Source of the DNA: Minisyncoccota bacterium
GTDB taxonomy: Bacteria > Patescibacteriota > Minisyncoccia > Phycocordibacterales > CAIRYW01
Assembly: GCA_041665985.1 (NCBI GenBank)
Contig: JBAYHV010000001.1
Span: 1-59,966, forward strand
Direction: 5' to 3'
DNA: 59,966 nucleotides
Made by a program: the position numbers and the translations under genes. This document shows positions 7,814-16,515 of this stretch, piece after piece (position 1 is the first letter of the stretch; each line of letters opens with the position of its first letter). The notes under the pieces are model-generated. The model did not search any database. It worked only from the letters and a program-made list of their open reading frames with translations, and had not been told where the DNA came from.

Positions 7814-8473
7814 ATGGCTGAGGAAATAGAAAAAAAAATAAACGGCAAACTTCTTATTGCAAGACATCATGAATCGGAATGGAATAAACTCGGAATCTGG
7901 ACAGGGAGTCGGGATGTTCATTTAACTGAATATGGTTTTAGAAAATCGGTTGAAATGGGAACTTTAATTGAAGGAATAGATATTGATCAAGCTTTTGCTT
8001 CAACTCAAATTCGTTCATACGAAACGCTCCTTGGAATGGAAGAAAAAGCAAATGAACTCGATTTGCCGGTAGAATTTTCATCTGCTTTGAATGAAAGAGA
8101 TTACGGTGATTTTACTGGAAAAAATAAATGGGAAATGAAAGAACAGTTTGGTGATGAGCAGTTTGAATGTATTCGTAGAGATTGGAACTGCCCAATTCCA
8201 AACGGTGAAACTTTGAAAGATGTTTATGAAAGAGTTGTTCCTTATTATAAAGAAAAAATATTACCTTTGGTCCTCCAAGGAAAAAATGTGCTTGTTGTAT
8301 CACACGGAAATGCTATTAGGGCTTTAATGAAATATATTGAAAATATATCTGACGAAGATATTAAAAAAGTTGAAATGATCTTCGGGTGCGTTTTAATGTA
8401 TGATGTTAATGATGAAGGTCTCATGATCACAAAAGAAATTAAATGTGTAGAAACAAACATAATCAACGCATGA
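7814..8473 (+). CDS. gpmA: 2,3-bisphosphoglycerate-dependent phosphoglycerate mutase / histidine phosphatase family
   Basis: LLIARHHESEWNKLGIWTG (RHGxxxWN-type motif), ERDYG, VSHGNAIRAL. Confidence 0.8.
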   Translation: MAEEIEKKINGKLLIARHHESEWNKLGIWTGSRDVHLTEYGFRKSVEMGTLIEGIDIDQAFASTQIRSYETLLGMEEKANELDLPVEFSSALNERDYGDFTGKNKWEMKEQFGDEQFECIRRDWNCPIPNGETLKDVYERVVPYYKEKILPLVLQGKNVLVVSHGNAIRALMKYIENISDEDIKKVEMIFGCVLMYDVNDEGLMITKEIKCVETNIINA

Positions 8474-8475
8474 AT

Positions 8476-8611
8476 CCGGTAGTAGAAAAAGGCAAATACC
8501 AATTGATGACACGCTGGGTAAACCAACTAAACATGAACAATTACACATCAGTCGAAATAAGAAATAATCTAAAGAATTGGCAGTCATCATTTGCCTTTTC
8601 TCACTAACCGG
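8476..8611. repeat. 136-bp segment bounded by ~22-nt imperfect inverted repeats (MITE-like or long hairpin)
   Basis: ccggtagtagaaaaaggcaaat (8476-8497) versus atttgccttttctcactaaccgg (8589-8611). No ORF. Confidence 0.5.
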
Positions 8612-8617
8612 ATGAAC

Positions 8618-8854
8618 CCCGCACTGAAATTTTAATTCGATTATGTCAGAGGCCAGATTAAGAAATTTATTAGAGTGAAGTTTTTCAAGATTATTGAGAA
8701 AGTAACATTAAATATAATTTGGATATAATCAAAAAGTTAAATCTTTTCTTAAAATAATTTATACTGTCATAATATAGTTTGCAAAGCATAATTTAAAATA
8801 TTACAAAAATGAAAACAGTCGAAAGATTTAACAAATTAAAATTCTAGTGACGGG
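8618..8854 (+). repeat. 237-bp member of the same element family as 6330-6426; supplies the 5' leader of pyk
   Basis: It has the same left end (cccgcactgaaattttaattcgattatgtc) and an identical 38-nt right end abutting ATG 8855. Its interior is homologous to 59635-59817 (reverse complement). Confidence 0.65.
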
Positions 8855-9658
8855 ATGAAAAAATCAAAAGCCCAAATTATCGCAACTATAGGTCCAGCAT
8901 CACATAATTACGAAACTCTTTTAGAAATGGTTAATCACCAAATGGATGCTGTTCGTTTAAATTTTTCATGGGATACATTGGAATATCACCAAATACAAAT
9001 TAGAGTCATAAGAGAAGTTGAAAAAAAACTTGGAGTATCAATTCCTGTAATTATGGATCTACCAGGTCCTCGTATTCAAGGAGAAGAAGCTCATTCGTAC
9101 AACATAATGGCAACCTCTGCTCTTACTCCTAGAGATTTTGAATTAGTTCAATTCGGAGTTGCTCAAGGAGTTGAATATATTTCTGTCTCTTATGTAAGTA
9201 GTGCAAAAGATATTATGCTTTGCCGAGAGATTATTCAAAAATATGGAGGAAAATCAAAAATTATTGCCAAAATCGAGAGACAGATCGCCGTTGATCTAAT
9301 TGATGAGATCATAAAAGTAGCAGATGTAATAATGATTGCCCGTGGAGATCTAGGAAATGAGATCGCTCTTGAGAAAATTCCTTTTGTACAAGCTTCAATT
9401 ATAAAAAAGTGCAAGGAAGCAGGGAAACCTGTGATTGTTGCAACTCAAATGATGACCTCAATGATCGCAAATAAGATCCCAAGCCGTGCTGATGTTTCTG
9501 ATGTTTCTAATGCAATTCTTCAAGGAGCAGATGCCGTAATGCTTTCAGAGGAATCTGCTATCGGAAAATATCCAATAGAAACAGTTGCAATGATGGAGCG
9601 TATTGTTCTTGAAGCCGAAGAACATATGGGTAAGGAATTTACTATCAATCCGCTTTAA
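8855..9658 (+). CDS. pyk: Pyruvate kinase, A-domain (TIM barrel) only; lacks the B lid and the C-terminal domain
   Basis: IIATIGPAS, VRLNFSW, MIARGDLGNEI, ATQMM.SM and SDVSNA..GADAVMLSEE motifs. Only 267 aa. Confidence 0.8.
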   Translation: MKKSKAQIIATIGPASHNYETLLEMVNHQMDAVRLNFSWDTLEYHQIQIRVIREVEKKLGVSIPVIMDLPGPRIQGEEAHSYNIMATSALTPRDFELVQFGVAQGVEYISVSYVSSAKDIMLCREIIQKYGGKSKIIAKIERQIAVDLIDEIIKVADVIMIARGDLGNEIALEKIPFVQASIIKKCKEAGKPVIVATQMMTSMIANKIPSRADVSDVSNAILQGADAVMLSEESAIGKYPIETVAMMERIVLEAEEHMGKEFTINPL

Positions 9659-9737
9659 AAAACTAAAACCACGTCTTTGACCTGAGATAAAATGGTAGTA
9701 AAATACTATTTGTTTAATAAGTATTCAAAATAAAGAA

Positions 9738-10043
9738 ATGAAACTAGGACTATCAAAAGAAACATATTTTAGGAATGCTCAAATTTATAAAGTTCTAGGC
9801 AACCCAAAAAGATTAGAGATTCTGAATTTACTGAAGTATGGAGAAATGGGAGTTGAACAAATTTTAAAAATAACAAAAATCTCGAAAGCAAACCTTTCAC
9901 AGCATTTTGGAGTTCTAAAAAAAAGCGGTCTAATAAAAAATAGAAGACAAGGTTTAAATATTTTTTATACGATTGTTAGTCCAAAAATTGTTGATACATG
10001 TAGACTCCTTCAAGACCTCAGAGATAAAAAAATTATTAAATAA
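9738..10043 (+). CDS. ArsR/SmtB-family metalloregulator
   Basis: LGNPKRLEILNLL...ISKANLSQHFGVLKKSGLI winged-HTH signature. Lies upstream of the metal ATPase. Confidence 0.8.
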   Translation: MKLGLSKETYFRNAQIYKVLGNPKRLEILNLLKYGEMGVEQILKITKISKANLSQHFGVLKKSGLIKNRRQGLNIFYTIVSPKIVDTCRLLQDLRDKKIIK

Positions 10044-10073
10044 ATTTAACTATTACTTCGCTCATTATTTTAT

Positions 10074-11939
10074 ATGGACCAAAAGAAAAAAATTAATTTC
10101 AAATTTATTGCAGCAATTATCACCTTTGCTGCAATTATTCTTTTTACTATTCTATTTTTTCTTAATCAAAAAGAAACTGCAAGTCTTGTTTTACAAGTTG
10201 TACTTTTTTTGGGACTATTTCCTATTTGGTATGAAATTATTTCTGAGATACTAAAGAAAAAATTTGGTGTAGATTTTATTGCTGGAATTGCTCTTTTGGG
10301 AACTTTTTTATTTGGAGAATATCTAGCAGGAGCAATTATTTTACTTATGTTAATGGGAGGGCAGAGTTTGGAGGCTTACGCCTTTGAGCGTGCTCGAAAA
10401 GACCTATCCAGACTACTTTCCAGAGCACCAGAATTTGCTCATATAAAAAAGGGAAATGAGATCATTGATATTCCAATAGATGAGGTTTTAGTTGATATGA
10501 TCGCCGTTATAAAATCTGGCGAAGTGGTTCCTGTAGATGGTATTGTTGTTTTTGGACAAACCTTGATCGATGAGGCTACTCTTACAGGAGAGCCTATACC
10601 TGTTAGAAAAGATAAAGGATCACTTGTTTATTCTGGAACAGTTAATACGACAGAAACAATTGAAGTTGAAGTTACAAAACCTGCTTCAGAAAGTAAGTAT
10701 GCTCAGATCATTGACCTTGTAAAAGAAGCTGAATCCACACAAGTTCCATTCGTTCGTTTGGCAGATGAATTTAGTCTTTATTTTACCGCTATTACATTTA
10801 TTATTGGATTTGTCACATGGTATTTTACACATGATATTGTCCGTGTAATTGCAGTGCTTGTAGTTGCGACTCCGTGTCCGCTTATTTTGGCAACCCCTAT
10901 TGCCATCATTTCAGGTATTAGTTTGGCATCTGGAAGAGGTATTGTTGTAAAAAATGGCGGAGTTCTCGAAAAGATCGCTAAAGCTAAAACATTTATTTTC
11001 GATAAAACAGGAACAGTTACACTTGGAGCACCAGATGTTGATGAAGTTTTTGCATATTCAAGATCAAAAGAAGAAATTTTAAAAATTGCATCATCTTTAG
11101 ATCAAATGTCTTCGCATGTTTTGGCAAGATCTTTGGTTAATTATGCAAAAAAAACAGGATTAGAATTAGAAATACCTCAAAAATTTAAGGAACAATTTGG
11201 AGATGGAGTTGAAGGGTTATTGCAAAATGCTCAATATTTTTTCGGTAAATTAGATTACATAAAAGAAAAAGTCAAAAACATTCCTGAAGGTATAGATGCA
11301 AAATATGATGTATACAAGGAACAAGGAAAAATAGTTATGTTTCTTTCAGATGTAGAATCTGTTCTAGGTTTTATTGTATTATCAGATCAAGTTAGACCTG
11401 ATTCAAAAGAACTTTTCTTAGAGTTAAAAAAGGATGGTTTTACTAATATTATTATGTTAACAGGAGACCGTAAGAATGTTGCGGAAAAAATTGGCAAGGA
11501 ATTAGGAATTTCAAATATTATCGCGGATTGCAAACCAGAACAAAAATTAGAAATAATAAATAACACATTAAGTAAGGATAGACCGGTCATTATGGTCGGT
11601 GATGGTATAAATGATGCTCCAGCATTAGCTTCGGCAGATGTTGGTATTGCTTTGGGTGCTAATGGTAAAACTGCGGCAAGTGACAGTGCTGATGCTGTTT
11701 TGATAAATCCATCTATTGGAAGCGTTCATGAACTCGTTCATATATCAAGACATACAATGAAGGTAGCTCTTCAAGGAATTTTATTTGGCATCGGTTTAAG
11801 TATTGTTTTTATGATCCTCGGAGGTTTTGGTTGGATAAGTCCGATCTCAGGAGCCTTAATTCAAGAAGGGATCGATGTTTTGGTAATACTTAACGCCTTA
11901 AGAGTCTCAATGGTTCATCCAAGTGTTCTTGTGCAATAA
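10074..11939 (+). CDS. P1B-type heavy-metal ATPase without an N-terminal metal-binding domain; TPCP transmembrane motif
   Basis: DKTGTVT phosphorylation site, TGEP, MLTGD and VGDGINDAP motifs. The TM motif is VATPCPLILATP. Confidence 0.9.
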   Translation: MDQKKKINFKFIAAIITFAAIILFTILFFLNQKETASLVLQVVLFLGLFPIWYEIISEILKKKFGVDFIAGIALLGTFLFGEYLAGAIILLMLMGGQSLEAYAFERARKDLSRLLSRAPEFAHIKKGNEIIDIPIDEVLVDMIAVIKSGEVVPVDGIVVFGQTLIDEATLTGEPIPVRKDKGSLVYSGTVNTTETIEVEVTKPASESKYAQIIDLVKEAESTQVPFVRLADEFSLYFTAITFIIGFVTWYFTHDIVRVIAVLVVATPCPLILATPIAIISGISLASGRGIVVKNGGVLEKIAKAKTFIFDKTGTVTLGAPDVDEVFAYSRSKEEILKIASSLDQMSSHVLARSLVNYAKKTGLELEIPQKFKEQFGDGVEGLLQNAQYFFGKLDYIKEKVKNIPEGIDAKYDVYKEQGKIVMFLSDVESVLGFIVLSDQVRPDSKELFLELKKDGFTNIIMLTGDRKNVAEKIGKELGISNIIADCKPEQKLEIINNTLSKDRPVIMVGDGINDAPALASADVGIALGANGKTAASDSADAVLINPSIGSVHELVHISRHTMKVALQGILFGIGLSIVFMILGGFGWISPISGALIQEGIDVLVILNALRVSMVHPSVLVQ

Positions 11940-11981
11940 TTGAGGTTTTCTATTTAGATATATACAAGATATAATTTAGAA

Positions 11982-12569
11982 ATGGAAATCCTAATTCAAA
12001 ATATAATTGTTTGGTTTGAGGCCTCAAAATATATTCTTCTTTTTGTCGGTGCTTTTTTTGAAGGTCCTGCAGTTATGGTCGGTGCCGGTTTTTTGTATCA
12101 ACAAGGCCAATTCAATTTTTTTCAAATGTATGCATGTCTTGTTTTAGGAGATTTTAGTGCAGATGTATTCTGGTATGTAGTAGGAAGATTTGGAGCAAGA
12201 AAAATTGTCAATCGATATGGAGGTTTTTTTAATATCACACCGGAAATCATTGATAAAGTCGAAGCTCGTTTTAAAGCATATCAAGATCTAATACTTTGGA
12301 TCTCAAAATTAACAATGGGATTTGGGTTTTCTTTAGCTACGCTTCTAACAGCCGGAATGCTAAAAGTTAAATTTCAAAAATATGCTCTTATAAATATAAT
12401 TGGCGGAATAGTTTGGGTTTTCATACTGGTTTGTGTTGGGTACTTTTTCGGTAATGTTTACGAATTAATAGCAGATCAATTTAAGTGGTTGTTCGTGGTT
12501 GGTTTGATCGCCTTTGTTTACTTTGCACTTAAAATAGTTAACAGTTTTTTGGTGAAAGCTAAGATATAG
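11982..12569 (+). CDS. DedA-family membrane protein
   Basis: FFEGPAVMVGAGFL motif and multi-TM layout typical of DedA/SNARE-associated proteins. Confidence 0.75.
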   Translation: MEILIQNIIVWFEASKYILLFVGAFFEGPAVMVGAGFLYQQGQFNFFQMYACLVLGDFSADVFWYVVGRFGARKIVNRYGGFFNITPEIIDKVEARFKAYQDLILWISKLTMGFGFSLATLLTAGMLKVKFQKYALINIIGGIVWVFILVCVGYFFGNVYELIADQFKWLFVVGLIAFVYFALKIVNSFLVKAKI

Positions 12570-12586
12570 GATATAGAATCTTACTT

Positions 12587-13309
12587 ATGATCTCAATAAT
12601 AATTCCAACATTAAATGAAGAAAAGATCATAGCCAAAACTCTATCTGAATTAAAAAAAATAACGGTAGTTGATCATGAAATTATAGTGACAGATGGAAAA
12701 AGCACTGACAATACTGTAGTAATTGCAAAAAGATATACTCATAAAGTTGTTGAAAACATTTCTGGAAAAAGACAAACAATTGGTGAAGGAAGAAATATGG
12801 GTGCCAATGTTGCTGTCGGGGAATATTTAGTTTTTATGGATGCGGATGTTGAAATTCCAAACGTCAATGATTTTTTTCTTAAGATAATAGACGACTTTCA
12901 AAAAAATAAAAAATTGGTCGCTATATCTGTTTATTTTAAGGTCTTTAAAGATCAAGCGACACTGGGAGATAAAATGTTTTTTAACACTATAAATGCCGTT
13001 TATTTTGTAATGAATAATATTTTTAGAATAGGAGCCGCAGGTGGAGATTTTCAAATGATAAGAGCAGATGCTTTCAGGAGGGTTGGAGGGTTTGATATTA
13101 GGTTAGCTGCTGGTGAAGATAATGAATTATTTTCCCGTCTTTCTAGAATCGGTAGAACAAGGATAGATTCAGGTCTTTACGTTCTGCACACTTCAAGAAG
13201 AGCTCATTCAACGGGCTGGCTTGTACTTTTAGCTACTTGGTTTGGCAATGCAATGTACGCAAGATTCTTTCATAGGTCCTTTAGTAAAGAATGGAAAGTG
13301 ATAAGATGA
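12587..13309 (+). CDS. Family 2 glycosyltransferase
   Basis: ISIIIPTLNEE..., DG.STD, FMDADV (DxD). Confidence 0.85.
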   Translation: MISIIIPTLNEEKIIAKTLSELKKITVVDHEIIVTDGKSTDNTVVIAKRYTHKVVENISGKRQTIGEGRNMGANVAVGEYLVFMDADVEIPNVNDFFLKIIDDFQKNKKLVAISVYFKVFKDQATLGDKMFFNTINAVYFVMNNIFRIGAAGGDFQMIRADAFRRVGGFDIRLAAGEDNELFSRLSRIGRTRIDSGLYVLHTSRRAHSTGWLVLLATWFGNAMYARFFHRSFSKEWKVIR

Positions 13310-13318
13310 CATATATAT

Positions 13319-13342
13319 GTCATTCCCGCGTAGGCGGGAATC
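13319..13342 (+). repeat. REP-like palindrome gtcattcccgcgtaggcgggaatc
   Basis: 8-bp stem attcccgc/gcgggaat. Family members lie at 24307, 24354 (rc), 41226 and 50879 (rc). Confidence 0.75.
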
Positions 13343-13367
13343 TAGGGTTTTTAAATTAATAAAAAAA

Positions 13368-14123
13368 ATGGCACAATTACTTAGAACTAGATTTAAAAAG
13401 GAAATAATATCAGAGTTTTTACCATCAAAAAGACCTTCTAATAAGGTTATTATTTTTTGTGATGGAATGCCTGGTTACTCAATGAGGTTTCAGCTTTGTG
13501 ATTTTTTTTCAAAGAAAGGGTACTGGTGTTTTGTTATTAGATATAGAGGAAGCTGGGAAAGTGATGGAGAACTTTTCAAAAAAAGTCCTCACCTAGATGT
13601 ACTAGATCTAATAAATGAACTTCCAAAAGGTTTTATTGATCTGTGGAGTGGAAAAAAATATTCAATAAAAGATCCAAAAGTTATAATATTTGGATCAAGT
13701 TTTGGAGGACCAGCAGCCCTTCTTTCTTCAAAACATCCTAATGTTAAAAAAGTTATAGTTTTCTCTCCAGTTTTAGATTGGAGAACGATGGGAAATACCA
13801 TTGAACCGATTCCTAAGACCAAAAAATTTGTCGAGGTCGCCTTTGGGAATGCCTATAGAATTGAAAAAAATGGTTGGAAAAAAATTGAAAAAGGAGAACT
13901 TTATAATCCTGCAACAGAACTAGAAAAAATTGACGGAAGTAAATGTTTAATAATGCACGCAAAAGACGACAAAGTAGTTTCAATAAAGCCACTTAAGCCT
14001 TTTATAATTAATACAGGAGCAAAGCTTAATCTGGTAAAAACGGGAGGACATTTAGGTATGGCAGTTTTAGAAAAGAGATTTTATAAAAAGTGTATGAACT
14101 TTATTAAAAATCGTCGCGCTTAA
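13368..14123 (+). CDS. Alpha/beta hydrolase (S9/dienelactone-hydrolase-like)
   Basis: GSSFGG nucleophile elbow with a C-terminal D/H. ATG 13368 is preferred because 13317-13345 is the palindromic repeat (MSFPRRRESR artefact). Confidence 0.7.
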   Translation: MAQLLRTRFKKEIISEFLPSKRPSNKVIIFCDGMPGYSMRFQLCDFFSKKGYWCFVIRYRGSWESDGELFKKSPHLDVLDLINELPKGFIDLWSGKKYSIKDPKVIIFGSSFGGPAALLSSKHPNVKKVIVFSPVLDWRTMGNTIEPIPKTKKFVEVAFGNAYRIEKNGWKKIEKGELYNPATELEKIDGSKCLIMHAKDDKVVSIKPLKPFIINTGAKLNLVKTGGHLGMAVLEKRFYKKCMNFIKNRRA

Positions 14124-14163
14124 TGGACGATTGCGCGACATAATTTCGCAAAATTAAAATAAC

Positions 14164-14709
14164 ATGATCCACTTCATAACAAGTAGCACAAATAAGTTCG
14201 AGGAAGCAAAGAAAATTATTCCAGAATTAGAGCATCTGTCTTTGGGTCTTGATGAAATTCAAGAAATGGATTCAAAAAAAGTTATTGAGAATAAGATCAA
14301 AGAGGCTTTTAAACTTCATCCTGGTCCGTTCATTGTAGAGGACTCGGGAATAAGATTTTTTGCTTTAAATGGTTTTCCAGGACCTCTAGCAAAATGGTTC
14401 CTAAAATCTCTTGGTGTTCAAAAAATTTATGATCTATTACACAAATCAGGAGAGGACGACAAAGCAGAAGCGACTTGCGTGCTTGGGTATGCAAAAACAC
14501 CAGAAGATATCCTATATTTTGAGGGCATGGTTTGGGGTACAATAGTTGCTCCAAAAGGCGAAAATGGTTTTGGACATGATCCAATATTTATGCCAGAAGG
14601 AGCAGATAAAACATTTGCCGAAATGAATGTCGATGAAAAAAACCAGCACAGTTCAAGAAGTAAGGCCTTTGGTCTGCTTAAAAAGTATCTTGAAGCTAGT
14701 GTGTTATAA
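14164..14709 (+). CDS. rdgB: Non-canonical purine NTP pyrophosphatase (Ham1/RdgB family)
   Basis: TSSTNKFEE, EDSG...L.G.PGP, FGHDPIF. Confidence 0.85.
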   Translation: MIHFITSSTNKFEEAKKIIPELEHLSLGLDEIQEMDSKKVIENKIKEAFKLHPGPFIVEDSGIRFFALNGFPGPLAKWFLKSLGVQKIYDLLHKSGEDDKAEATCVLGYAKTPEDILYFEGMVWGTIVAPKGENGFGHDPIFMPEGADKTFAEMNVDEKNQHSSRSKAFGLLKKYLEASVL

Positions 14710-14740
14710 TTATTTAACATTAAAAAATTAATAGAAAAAA

Positions 14741-15238
14741 ATGAGACAAATTTCAAAAAAAGAATATATAGGAATCACAGTTACCCTAGCCGTAGCTTTG
14801 ATCTTCTTCGTTGGAATAAATTTTTGGTCAGCAATTTTTGGAAATTCATCAGCAACAAGCAATACTAATAATCTAAATCAAATTAATCAACAACCTATGG
14901 AGCAAACAACTAAAAACGTTATAACAGAGGGAACTGGAAATGCAGCTGTAGCAGGAAACACAATCACAGTTAATTATGTAGGAATGCTTCAGGATGGAAC
15001 AAAGTTCGATAGTTCTTATGATAGAGGTACGCCATTTTCTTTTGTATTAGGTGCAGGAAATGTGATCAAGGGTTGGGATGATTCATTGATCGGAGCCAAA
15101 GTCGGTGAAAAACTTTCAATTGTTATTCCTCCAGCACTGGCCTATGGACCAAACGGTATTCCTGATGGAAAAGGCGGATACATTATTCCACAAAACGCTA
15201 CACTAGTATTCAACATTGAAGTGGTAGGAATTAAATAA
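14741..15238 (+). CDS. FKBP-type peptidyl-prolyl isomerase, membrane-anchored
   Basis: N-terminal TM helix, then VNYVGMLQDGTKFDSSYDRGTPFSFVLGAGNVIKGWD. Confidence 0.85.
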   Translation: MRQISKKEYIGITVTLAVALIFFVGINFWSAIFGNSSATSNTNNLNQINQQPMEQTTKNVITEGTGNAAVAGNTITVNYVGMLQDGTKFDSSYDRGTPFSFVLGAGNVIKGWDDSLIGAKVGEKLSIVIPPALAYGPNGIPDGKGGYIIPQNATLVFNIEVVGIK

Positions 15239-16468
<1,230 letters not shown>

Positions 16469-16503
16469 TTTTTTCAATAATAGCGAAGGACGTATTTTTT
16501 TTG

Positions 16504-16509
16504 TATAGT
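16504..16509 (+). promoter_or_regulatory. -10-like hexamer TATAGT 6 nt upstream of the uvrB ATG (leaderless candidate)
   Basis: TATAGT at 16504-16509; ATG at 16516. Confidence 0.3.
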
Positions 16510-16515
16510 TGTTGC

